A stretch of 64,000 nt of DNA from an uncultured Chlorobiaceae bacterium (GTDB lineage Bacteria; Bacteroidota; Chlorobiia; Chlorobiales; Chlorobiaceae), in the NCBI GenBank assembly GCA_903843305.1, contig CAIMPI010000042.1, positions 4,920 to 68,919 of the forward strand. The letters are read 5' to 3'. Shown here in pieces: positions 20,384-30,464 of this stretch. The notes beneath the pieces were generated by a model. It saw only the letters and a program-made list of their open reading frames with translations. It was not told the DNA's origin and did not search any database. A program made the translations under genes and the position numbers. Position 1 is the stretch's first letter. Each line of letters begins with the position of its first letter.

Positions 20384-21460
20384 ATGTGGCCCTATTCTCT
20401 GTTATTTGGAATAACGCTTTGGATGGCCATAACCCACATGAAGCCACAGCTAGCCGGTATTCCTACGCCGTCCCTTGGTGTGGCGTGGCCGGTTTTTTTT
20501 ATGCTTCTGGCGCTTATGATCGGGTTCAGGCACGAGGTTGGAGCTGATTGGGGAGCATACCTTTTCCACGTAGAAGACATGCAAGGGGAGGAACTCCAAG
20601 CTGTCCTTTCAAAAGCTGATCCCGCTTATGAGTTACTCAATTGGCTTGGTGCCAATATTGGCGGCGGTGTGTACTTTGTTAATTTTGTATGTGCCTGTTT
20701 GTTTTGTTGGGGCCTGATTGCTTTTTGCCGGGCCCAACCGAGACCTTGGTTGGCATTATTCGTGGCAACCCCCTATTTGATTACAGTGGTCGCCATGGGA
20801 TATACGCGCCAAGGGGTGGCGCTTGGGTTGGCAATGCTGGCTCTGACAAAGTTGTTGAATCACAGTGTCATTCGGTTTGGGTTCTGGATTACGCTTGCCG
20901 CTTTATTTCATACATCCGCAGTTATCTTGGTACCGTTCGCACTGTTTGCTGGGTCGAAGCACCGCGTATTGCTCATAGGCGGTGTTGGAATTTCTGCGGC
21001 ACTTTTGTTTGCTCTACTCTTGCAGGAGCACCTGGGTTATTTTCATCAAAATTACATTGAAGCCGAATACGCATCATCCGGTGCGGCCATTCGAATTGCG
21101 ATGAATGCAATTCCGGCGGCAGTGTTTATCATCTTTAATAAATCGTTTTCGATTGACTCAAAAAATCGTGGCTTATGGTTATGGATGGCATGGAGTGCGC
21201 TTTTATTTGTCCCGGTCTTGGTTGTATCGCCTTCTTCCACCGCAGTAGACCGCGTCGCACTCTACTGGATTCCGTTGCAGTTGGTGATCTTTAGTCGACT
21301 GCCGGATGCTTTTGGCGTGGTTGGCCGCAGAAACCAATTGTGGATTTATTTGCTTGTTGCCTATAGCGCTACGATCATGTTTGCATGGCTATTTTTTGCC
21401 GATAATGCCCATGCATGGCTTCCATATCGGTTTTATCCTTGGGAGGCGTTTTGGATATGA
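20384..21460 (+). CDS. EpsG-family polysaccharide polymerase (Wzy-like)
   Basis: Polytopic membrane protein; GFRHEVGADW, RQGVALG and FHTSA motifs. Confidence 0.82.
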   Translation: MWPYSLLFGITLWMAITHMKPQLAGIPTPSLGVAWPVFFMLLALMIGFRHEVGADWGAYLFHVEDMQGEELQAVLSKADPAYELLNWLGANIGGGVYFVNFVCACLFCWGLIAFCRAQPRPWLALFVATPYLITVVAMGYTRQGVALGLAMLALTKLLNHSVIRFGFWITLAALFHTSAVILVPFALFAGSKHRVLLIGGVGISAALLFALLLQEHLGYFHQNYIEAEYASSGAAIRIAMNAIPAAVFIIFNKSFSIDSKNRGLWLWMAWSALLFVPVLVVSPSSTAVDRVALYWIPLQLVIFSRLPDAFGVVGRRNQLWIYLLVAYSATIMFAWLFFADNAHAWLPYRFYPWEAFWI

Positions 21461-21476
21461 CGGTTTTGGCGCACTT

Positions 21477-22625
21477 ATGAAAATTGTTTTTATCACCACT
21501 ACCCTTACCACCGGTGGTGCTGAGATGATGTTGCTTAAGCTGTTGCAGCATCTGGATCGCTGTCGTTTCGATCCGTATGTGATTTCACTTCGAACCAAAG
21601 GCGAGGTGGGGCCGCGCATCGAAGCTTTGGGGATTCCTGTTCTGGCCTTGGGTATGAACCCGGGGCTGCCTTCTCCCTTTGAGTTTTTGAAGTTGGTCAG
21701 ACACCTGCGAAAGATCAAGCCTGATCTAGTGCAGACTTGGATGTACCATGCTGACCTCCTCGGCGGGGTGGCTTCGCATTTGTCTGGCTGCAAGCGGGTA
21801 GTCTGGGGGCTGCGCAACAGTAATCTTGATAAGCAGATGACAAAGCGTTCTACCTTGATAGTGGTGAAGGTTTGTGCATTCCTTTCATCTCGGTTGCCCG
21901 TGCAAATTCTCTCATGCTCAATACGCGCCAAAGCAGTACATGCGGCGATAGGCTATCAAGCTGACAAAATCCATGTAATTTCAAACGGATTCGATCTGGG
22001 TCGATTCCAGCCCGATGCTGAGGCGCGTGTGGTCGTGCGGGAGGAACTTGGCTTGTCGCCCAAAAGCCCCTTAGTCGGTTTGATGGCGCGTTATGATCCG
22101 CAAAAAAACCATGCAGGATTCATTGCCGCTGCAGCCATGGTCCAAAAAGAAATACCAGAAGTTCATTTCGTGCTGGCGGGCGGGAAAATTTATAGCAATA
22201 ATGAACCGCTATGGCGGTTGATCGAGGCCGCTGGTCTTGGCGGGTGTATGCATCTGTTGGGTCGGCGGGATGATATGCCGCGCCTGATGGCAGCATTGGA
22301 TGTGTTGGCTTCTTCTTCTTACGGTGAAGCGTTTCCGAACGTGCTAGGCGAAGCGATGGCCTGTGCTGTTCCCTGTGTGGTGACGGATGTCGGAGATTCG
22401 GCAGAAATTGTGGGCGAATCTGGCCGTGTTGTTCAGACCGGGGTGATGCGTGATCTCGCTGCATACATTGTGGCGTTGTTGCGTTTGTCACACGAAGAGA
22501 AATCCGCGCTCGGAAGAAAGGCTAGGGTTCGGGTGGAGACACATTATGAGATAGGTCATGTTGCAAAACTCTATGAGTCTTTTTACGAACGGATCGCTGA
22601 AATGAAGTTCAAGGGGAATGTTTGA
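21477..22625 (+). CDS. Glycosyltransferase family 4
   Basis: MKIVFITTTLTTGGAE start (re-called from the 21306 ORF), QTWMYHADL, GEAFPNVLGEAMAC. Confidence 0.92.
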   Translation: MKIVFITTTLTTGGAEMMLLKLLQHLDRCRFDPYVISLRTKGEVGPRIEALGIPVLALGMNPGLPSPFEFLKLVRHLRKIKPDLVQTWMYHADLLGGVASHLSGCKRVVWGLRNSNLDKQMTKRSTLIVVKVCAFLSSRLPVQILSCSIRAKAVHAAIGYQADKIHVISNGFDLGRFQPDAEARVVVREELGLSPKSPLVGLMARYDPQKNHAGFIAAAAMVQKEIPEVHFVLAGGKIYSNNEPLWRLIEAAGLGGCMHLLGRRDDMPRLMAALDVLASSSYGEAFPNVLGEAMACAVPCVVTDVGDSAEIVGESGRVVQTGVMRDLAAYIVALLRLSHEEKSALGRKARVRVETHYEIGHVAKLYESFYERIAEMKFKGNV

Positions 22626-24574
22626 TGTGTGGCTTTGTGGGATTTCTTGGGGGTAGTAGTAAGGAGGAGGCGCCCGTCGTGCTGGAGCGCATGGCTGATA
22701 CGATCTTGTCGCGAGGGCCGGATGATTCTGGTGTTTGGGCTGAAGATACTGGTATCGGTCTTGCCCACCGACGTCTCTCAATTCTTGATCTGTCTCCTGC
22801 AGGGCATCAGCCGATGGTATCTGCAAGCGGGCGATATGTGATTGCGTTCAATGGTGAAATTTATAACCATCTCGATTTGCGCACCGCATTGAAGAAATTT
22901 GGCTCTGGCGGGACGCTAGGCTTTGGCTGGCGTGGGCATTCGGATACGGAAACCTTGCTCGCTGGCTTTGTCGCCTGGGGGATCAAAGCGACTGTCGAGC
23001 GCTGTATTGGCATGTTTGCCTTTGCCGTGTGGGACCGAAAAGAGCATGTTCTGACACTGGGGCGTGATCGTCTAGGTGAGAAGCCGCTTTATTACGGCTG
23101 GCAGGGATCGGGGGGCGGTGCAAGTTTCCTCTTTGGTTCTGAAATCAAGGCGCTTAAGGCCCACCCGTCTTTTGCTGCGGAGATCAATCGCGATGCGCTG
23201 TGCCTGCTCATGCGACATAACTACATTCCGGCGCCTCACTCGATTTACCGTGGTGTATTTAAATTGCCCGCTGGAAGTTTGCTTGCGGTTTCGTTGGACA
23301 GGCGTGATCCTGTCATTGAAAGCTATTGGTCGCTCATGGATGTGGCTATCTCCGGCAATCGTTCGCTGCTTGAGGGATCCCCGGAAGAGATTGTTGACGA
23401 ATTGGAGATCTTGCTCAAATCCGCCGTGCGCCAACAAATGATGGCGGATGTGCCGCTGGGGGCGTTTCTATCCGGGGGTATCGATTCCTCTACGGTTGTG
23501 GCCCTAATGCAAGTGCAATCTGAACGTCCGGTAAAAACCTTCACCATCGGTTTCAATGAAAAGGGTTATAACGAAGCGGTGCATGCCAAAGCGGTAGCTC
23601 ATCATTTAGGGACGGACCACACCGAGTTGTATGTCACACCGCAACAGGCGCTGGATGTTATACCGAAGCTGCCGAAACTCTATAGTGAACCATTTGCTGA
23701 CTCCTCGCAAATCCCAACGTATCTCGTATCGCAACTGGCACGTCAAAAGGTAACGGTGTCTCTTTCGGGGGATGCGGGTGATGAGTTGTTCGGCGGATAC
23801 AACCGCTATGTAATCACCCAAAAACGGTGGAATGCGATTTCACGTGTGCCTCGCGGTATTCGATCTTTAGCGGCATCTGCCATTCGTTCAATGTCACCAT
23901 CGGCATGGAACAATCTATTGGGGCTGCTGCAACCCAGGGGGATCGACATTGGCGAAAAGTTGCAAAAAGGGGCGGGCGTAATGGCTGCACAGAGCGTTGA
24001 TGATTTGTATCTGGGTTTGGTAACGCATTGGGAGCCAGCAAGATTGGTTATCGGGGGTTGGGAACCGGCGACCTGCTTGCGCGGCAATCGGTTGTCACTT
24101 ATGGGGCTAAACGATGTGCAGCGCATGATGGCGCTGGATACAATCACTTATTTGCCAGATGACATTCTGGTTAAGATGGATCGGGCGTCAATGGGGGTAT
24201 CGCTGGAAGGGCGTGTGCCATTTCTGGATCACCGCGTGGTCGAGTTTGCTTGGCGCGTGCCGCAGTCAATGAAGTTGCATGATGGCATCGGCAAATGGAT
24301 CTTGCGCAAGGTGCTGTACAGGCATGTACCGAAAGAGCTAATTGAGCGACCAAAAATGGGCTTTGGCGTTCCGATTGATTCCTGGCTTCGTGGCCCGCTG
24401 CGCGATTGGGCGGAAAGTTTGCTGGATGAATCGCGCTTGCATCGGGAAGGTTACTTTCATCCCGCCCCCATCCGGCAAAAGTGGGCAGAGCATTTGTCTG
24501 GTGCGCGCAATTGGCAGTACCACTTGTGGGATGTGTTGATGTTTCAGGCTTGGCTGGCTGAGAACGAGGTCTGA
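22622..24574 (+). CDS. asnB: Asparagine synthase (glutamine-hydrolysing)-like amidotransferase
   Basis: N-terminal MCG Ntn cysteine; HRRLSILDLS, FNGEIYNH, LSGGIDSS, SGDAGDELFGGY and RVPFLDH motifs. Confidence 0.95.
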   Translation: MMCGFVGFLGGSSKEEAPVVLERMADTILSRGPDDSGVWAEDTGIGLAHRRLSILDLSPAGHQPMVSASGRYVIAFNGEIYNHLDLRTALKKFGSGGTLGFGWRGHSDTETLLAGFVAWGIKATVERCIGMFAFAVWDRKEHVLTLGRDRLGEKPLYYGWQGSGGGASFLFGSEIKALKAHPSFAAEINRDALCLLMRHNYIPAPHSIYRGVFKLPAGSLLAVSLDRRDPVIESYWSLMDVAISGNRSLLEGSPEEIVDELEILLKSAVRQQMMADVPLGAFLSGGIDSSTVVALMQVQSERPVKTFTIGFNEKGYNEAVHAKAVAHHLGTDHTELYVTPQQALDVIPKLPKLYSEPFADSSQIPTYLVSQLARQKVTVSLSGDAGDELFGGYNRYVITQKRWNAISRVPRGIRSLAASAIRSMSPSAWNNLLGLLQPRGIDIGEKLQKGAGVMAAQSVDDLYLGLVTHWEPARLVIGGWEPATCLRGNRLSLMGLNDVQRMMALDTITYLPDDILVKMDRASMGVSLEGRVPFLDHRVVEFAWRVPQSMKLHDGIGKWILRKVLYRHVPKELIERPKMGFGVPIDSWLRGPLRDWAESLLDESRLHREGYFHPAPIRQKWAEHLSGARNWQYHLWDVLMFQAWLAENEV

Positions 24575-24575
24575 G

Positions 24576-25745
24576 TTGATGAAAGTCGTCATTTGTCTGA
24601 ACACGGCTTGGAATCTGGTGAATTTTCGTGCGGGGTTGATTCGCGCCCTGGCGGCGGCTGGTTATGAGGTCGTAGCTGTGGCTCCATACGATAAATATGC
24701 CGCTGGTTTGAAAGCGCTGGGTTGTCGGTTTGTACCGTTGCACATGGAAAACGGGGGTACTAACCCAGTGCAGGATGCCTTGTTGACTTGGCGGTTTGTG
24801 CGCTTGTTTGCCCACGAGCGGCCAGATGTCTATTTGGGCTACACGGTCAAGCCCAATGTGTATGGTTCACTGGCTGCTCACATTTTTGGGATACCGGTGA
24901 TCAACAATATTGCCGGGCTAGGTGTTGTATTTGGCAAAAGTGGTTTGTTGGTGAAAGTGGTTCGTACTTTGTATCGACTGGCGCTGGGATGTTCAGTAAA
25001 GGTTTTTTTTCAAAACGGGGATGATCGGCAGATGTTCGTTGCCGGTGCGTTGGTACACCCAGAGGTAACCGACCTGTTGCCGGGGTCAGGGGTTGATCTG
25101 AGCCGCTTTATGATAACGGCTTTGCCAAGCGCAGTCACTGGGGTAAAAAAGTTTCGATTTTTGCTTATTTCTCGCATGTTATGGGAAAAGGGCGTGGGCG
25201 AGTTTGCAGAGGCAGCCAAGTTGATCAGGTCTCGTTGGCCGCAGGCAGAGTGCTGCTTGTTGGGTTTTTTGGATGTGCAAAATCCAGGGGCTGTAAGCCG
25301 GGCACAAATGGATATTTTGGTTGCAACAGGTGTGACCTATATAGGAACAAGCGATGATGTTCGTGCCGAAATAGCCCAAGCCGACTGCATTGTTCTACCT
25401 TCGTATTACCGTGAAGGAACCCCGCGTACGCTTCTGGAAGCAGCGGCCATGGCGCGCCCCATCATCACCTCTGATGCCGTAGGCTGTCGTGAAGTGGTGG
25501 TGGATGGCGTAAATGGTTATCTGTGCAAAGTGCGCAATGCGGGGGACTTGGCTGAAAAAATGGAACGGATGTTGTCGATGTCACCACAACAACTTACAGA
25601 AATGGGCCTACGAGGCCGGACCAAGATGGAAGCCGAGTTTGACGAGCAGATTGTGATTGGTAAGTATCTTGATGCAATTAATGCTGTCAAGCAATTGAAG
25701 TCTAATCAGCCAAGAGAGCTTTTCCATAAGTCATCGAAAATTTAA
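24576..25745 (+). CDS. Glycosyltransferase family 4
   Basis: LVNFRAGLI, YTVKPNVYG, LPSYYREGTPRTLLEAAAM motifs. Confidence 0.92.
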   Translation: MMKVVICLNTAWNLVNFRAGLIRALAAAGYEVVAVAPYDKYAAGLKALGCRFVPLHMENGGTNPVQDALLTWRFVRLFAHERPDVYLGYTVKPNVYGSLAAHIFGIPVINNIAGLGVVFGKSGLLVKVVRTLYRLALGCSVKVFFQNGDDRQMFVAGALVHPEVTDLLPGSGVDLSRFMITALPSAVTGVKKFRFLLISRMLWEKGVGEFAEAAKLIRSRWPQAECCLLGFLDVQNPGAVSRAQMDILVATGVTYIGTSDDVRAEIAQADCIVLPSYYREGTPRTLLEAAAMARPIITSDAVGCREVVVDGVNGYLCKVRNAGDLAEKMERMLSMSPQQLTEMGLRGRTKMEAEFDEQIVIGKYLDAINAVKQLKSNQPRELFHKSSKI

Positions 25746-25753
25746 AAAAGAGA

Positions 25754-26455
25754 ATGAAGTTGCGACAACGAACGCGGCGGGCTGGGCTCATTATACTTGT
25801 TACTGCTATTGTTTCTTTTGTGTTACTTGCTATTTATACCAATGTTCCAACCAATTATACAGCACAGGACGAGGCGGTGTTTGAGGATACTCTGCATCTC
25901 AAACCGTTAAGGCATCCTCAGACTTTTGCACAGGAGATTGAAGCAATAAAATTTATTCAGCAGGGAACATTTTTCATAGTTCCGAAAAATACTTCTAAAA
26001 ACGATCATACAGTGCGGGAGCCTGCTGAGTTCTTGGGGATGCGTGAGGGTATTTGTTATGACAGAAGTCGATTGACAGACAAAGCAATTGCGTATATTGG
26101 GCTGCCCTCACGTCATGTTTATCTTTTTTTTCGTAAAGGGGAGAGAGGATTTTTTAGCTCATTGTTTCGCCTTAAAAATCCATCACATGCGGTTACTGAG
26201 GTTAAAACCAGTGAGGGATGGATGCTTGTTGATTCAGCTTCCGATTGGATTGCTCTGACTCGTGATGGTCAGGTTGTCAACGCTGATGATGTATTGCAAA
26301 GGAGCAAAGAGTTTAACGTTATCCCTCCATATTTAGTCGGCCCTTCGTGGGCCATACGAGGCATGTACTCCCGGCATGGCCAACTCTATCCTCCTTATAT
26401 CTTCTTCCCTGATTTCAATTGGCCTGATTTTTTCAGTTGGCTTATTTTTGGATGA
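25754..26455 (+). CDS. Membrane-anchored transglutaminase-like (Cys-His-Asp) protein
   Basis: N-terminal TM helix; GICYDRS...SHAVTEVKTSEGWMLVDS matches the transglutaminase-core pattern. Confidence 0.7.
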   Translation: MKLRQRTRRAGLIILVTAIVSFVLLAIYTNVPTNYTAQDEAVFEDTLHLKPLRHPQTFAQEIEAIKFIQQGTFFIVPKNTSKNDHTVREPAEFLGMREGICYDRSRLTDKAIAYIGLPSRHVYLFFRKGERGFFSSLFRLKNPSHAVTEVKTSEGWMLVDSASDWIALTRDGQVVNADDVLQRSKEFNVIPPYLVGPSWAIRGMYSRHGQLYPPYIFFPDFNWPDFFSWLIFG

Positions 26456-26530
26456 AACTTTTTAAGGGTACCGGGAAATCTATTGAAATCGGTTAGAAAT
26501 CGTAACTATTGGCTGGTACGGTAAATGGGA

Positions 26531-27118
26531 TCAACGCATTGACTGCCAAGCGTATGAAGCTGAGCGCAAAAATGAATTATTCAACAACAAGAGATGCTTT
26601 GCTTCTGGATAAACCCTATATCTGGGAACACAAGGATAATCGACCGATAGTCTTGGTTCTGCTACAAGTCGCCTTCCGGTAAAATCATAAGCACGCCAAT
26701 GATTATTTACTTTCACTTCTACGATCGTATGATGACTTTTCCTTGTCTGTTTGTGCAATAGATCTACTAATCGCGTCTCATAGCCAAGTCGTTGTGAAAG
26801 CACAGCAATAGCGATTGCTCCCTCATCACACCAAAGCCAGTTTTTTCCCGCTGACATCAGACTCCTAAATGATTGTCCTGGGTGCACTGGTGAGCCGAGT
26901 GGTGCCTGCAGTTTTTGGTTAATAACAAAATGAAATGCTTCATCTGGATTGGAGATTTTATGCTTCAAGATCAGTTCATCTGCGTAGTGGTTGTCGCTAT
27001 ACACATAGCCAATGGCAATCACGAGAAATGCAGCAAATGAAATCACGATACCTAAAAAGCGTCGAATAGAGATTAGATCATGACCTTGATGGTACGGGGT
27101 TGCTGATTTTTTCCGCAT
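26531..27118 (-). CDS. Membrane-anchored transglutaminase-like (Cys-His-Asp) protein
   Basis: N-terminal TM helix; LWCDEGA...LGYETRLV...HHTIVEVKVNNHWRAYDFT. ATG start at 27118; the ORF track starts at 27157. Confidence 0.65.
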   Translation of the reverse strand: MRKKSATPYHQGHDLISIRRFLGIVISFAAFLVIAIGYVYSDNHYADELILKHKISNPDEAFHFVINQKLQAPLGSPVHPGQSFRSLMSAGKNWLWCDEGAIAIAVLSQRLGYETRLVDLLHKQTRKSHHTIVEVKVNNHWRAYDFTGRRLVAEPRLSVDYPCVPRYRVYPEAKHLLLLNNSFLRSASYAWQSMR

Positions 27119-27330
27119 CTTATTTTTTAATCTCCAAATACACAGGGCAACGGTCAATTAGAATAAGCACACGACTTCTCATCACGCGGTCCGTTTTAAG
27201 TGTGTTGCGTTGAGGCACTGAAAGCTAATGTACAAAAAAAAATAGAGACACTTTAAGATTTAACAAGTCATGTCCACGGGCTTGGTTTTGCATTTGAAGT
27301 AAACTTGGACTGTAGTGTCTTGTTAAAATA

Positions 27331-27633
27331 ATGCCAGTTAGTAACATCCGTTATGAAGTGCAAAAGCGGGCGACCATCATTGAGAGTATGGTCTACCTGG
27401 CCGATCGAAGCGGCTTTTATCTGCATCCCCCTTCAACGAAATCGCACATTCGCAACACGCTCTTAGCCGATAAGGTCGACAACAAAACCGTGCAAGCACT
27501 CAAAGATAAGGGGCACACCATTGAGTCCATGCGGCAAGAGGCTATGGCAGATAAGCGAGAGCAACTCCTGCAGCTCGACCAGCAAATCGCGTTGCAAACC
27601 AAAATCCTCGCTGGCCTGGCAGGTCTCCTATGA
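27331..27633 (+). CDS. Hypothetical protein with a helical/coiled-coil C-terminus
   Basis: 100-aa ORF that ends 1 nt before the next gene's GTG; no family recognised. Confidence 0.45.
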   Translation: MPVSNIRYEVQKRATIIESMVYLADRSGFYLHPPSTKSHIRNTLLADKVDNKTVQALKDKGHTIESMRQEAMADKREQLLQLDQQIALQTKILAGLAGLL

Positions 27634-27634
27634 A

Positions 27635-28027
27635 GTGGCGTTTAACCGCAAGACGAATGTGGAGCGCTAACGCTACACAGCAAATCAGCGTAACGCCCAG
27701 CGCTCGTCAGGGTCCAGAACAGACCAGGGCAAAAGGCGATCTTCCGTTAACGCCATGCAGCACGGCCTCACAATACCGGTCGAAAGCTCAGCATGGGCGC
27801 CTCTCTTGCAGTCGCTCGCAACACTGCTTGAGTTCGAGGGCATGGAAACGTCTCATGCCGGAACCCTTGCCTTATGTATCCTCAACTATGAGCGCAACCT
27901 CCACGACCAGCGTGAACGTTACCTTGGTTCGCAGAGAGGTACACAGTACAAGCCCGGTCATGCGTCCAGGTATCTGAAACGCGCAGCCAACCAACTGATC
28001 AAGCAATGCAACGGCTTGAAAAACTGA
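27635..28027 (+). pseudogene. 'ANxRNAQxSTGPRTxEGK...HGL' family protein (HGGxSTG/small-terminase-like) with an in-frame TAA at 27668-27670
   Basis: Reading frame: VAFNRKTNVER*RYTANQRNAQRSSGSRTDQGKRRSSVNAMQHGLTIPV..., continuing into the 27755..28027 ORF. Confidence 0.55.
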
Positions 28028-28036
28028 TGCGCTCCA

Positions 28037-29217
<1,181 letters not shown>

Positions 29218-29224
29218 CATATCC

Positions 29225-29291
29225 GGGAACGCCGAGCTCCAGCTCGGCACATTCTCCTCTTTTTCTGCAGAGCTGGGCCTCCGGCGTTCCC
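29225..29291. repeat. Inverted REP doublet (REPIN-like)
   Basis: GGGAACGCCGAGCTCCAGCTCGGCA (29225-29249) and a degenerate inverted copy whose reverse complement is GGGAACGCCGGAGGCCCAGCTCTGCA (29266-29291), separated by a 16-nt pyrimidine-rich spacer. Confidence 0.65.
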
Positions 29292-29446
29292 AGGTCTCTT
29301 GCACACGTTGTCCTTTTGATCATTAAATGTGTTTTGAAAGTATTTTGTTTTTACAGTCATCCCATATATATTTGAAACTGCGGAGACTGATCATGGTTTG
29401 ACATGAAAGCTATTGGGTGTCCTGAAATTGATCTTGCCTGAATAAA

Positions 29447-30427
29447 ATGCCAAATATGGATATTTCGAACGATCAATACGACAGCCCGTGGAAAGAGGTC
29501 ATTGAACGCTATTTTCCGGAGTTTATGGCGTTTTATTTCCCTGATGCTCATGCCGAAATTGATTGGTCAAAAGAGCATGTTTTTCTCGATCAGGAGCTGC
29601 GGGCAGTGGTGCAGGATGCTGAGTTGGGAAAGCGCTTTGTAGACCGGCTGGTCAGGGTGAATGTGCTGAATGGCGGCGAAAGCTGGATCTACATCCACGT
29701 TGAGGTGCAAGGCACAAAGCAAGCTGAATTTGCCGAACGGATGTTTATCTACAACTACCGTCTTTTCGATCGATACAAAAGGCCTGTAGCGAGTTTGGCT
29801 GTGCTTGCTGATGAAAACAAGGAGTGGAAACCAGCCTCTTATGGCTTTGCCGTGCTTGGGTGCCGCCATACCCTTGAATTTCCTGTTGCCAAGCTGACCG
29901 ATTATGCGGAGAAGGTGGATGAACTGCTGGAGTCGGATAATGCTTTTGGATTGATTACGGTGGCGCATATCCTGACACAACAAACCCGAAAACAGCATCA
30001 GGAACGGTATGAAGCGAAACTGCGTTTGGTACGACTACTGTATCAACGGCAGTGGAATAAACAGCGTGTCATCGATTTGTTTAGTGTTTTGGATTGGTTA
30101 ATGCAACTGCCAGAATGGTTAAATAGTCAGGTTTGGCAAGAACTTGAAACGATAGAGGAGAGTAATAAAGTGCAATATATCACAAGTGTAGAAAGAATTG
30201 GCATAGCTAAAGGTTTAGCCAAAGGTCGAGTAGAGGGCCGAGTAGAGGGCCGAGTAGAGGGCCGAGTAGAAGGCGAATCCCGGTTTCTGAGACGGCTGCT
30301 TGAACGCCGCTTTGGAGTTTTACCTCAATGGGCATCAGACCAGTTAACGAGCGCTTCCGAAAAACAGTTAGAAGCGTGGGGAGAGGCGCTTCTGACTGCG
30401 CCGACGCTGGAGGCTGTTTTCAACTGA
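29447..30427 (+). CDS. Rpn-family recombination-promoting nuclease/putative transposase (PD-(D/E)xK, DUF4351-like C-terminus)
   Basis: YDSPWKEVIERYFPEF, FVDRLVRV, IHVEVQG, MFIYNYRLFDRY and PVASLAVLAD motifs; C-terminal EG repeats followed by LERRFG.LP. Confidence 0.85.
   Translation: MPNMDISNDQYDSPWKEVIERYFPEFMAFYFPDAHAEIDWSKEHVFLDQELRAVVQDAELGKRFVDRLVRVNVLNGGESWIYIHVEVQGTKQAEFAERMFIYNYRLFDRYKRPVASLAVLADENKEWKPASYGFAVLGCRHTLEFPVAKLTDYAEKVDELLESDNAFGLITVAHILTQQTRKQHQERYEAKLRLVRLLYQRQWNKQRVIDLFSVLDWLMQLPEWLNSQVWQELETIEESNKVQYITSVERIGIAKGLAKGRVEGRVEGRVEGRVEGESRFLRRLLERRFGVLPQWASDQLTSASEKQLEAWGEALLTAPTLEAVFN
30224..30271 (+). repeat. Four tandem 12-bp units (GGYCGAGTAGAR) encoding GRVE x4 inside the Rpn gene
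   Basis: GGTCGAGTAGAG GGCCGAGTAGAG GGCCGAGTAGAG GGCCGAGTAGAA. Confidence 0.9.
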
Positions 30428-30464
30428 CCAACCAGTCGTCGGGAATTTCTCTTGCCTGAATAAA

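Noticed and set aside
27630-27977. 115-aa ORF MKWRLTARR...
   Set aside because: The overlapping frame starting at 27635 carries the recognisable conserved motif; this frame has no coding-like features.
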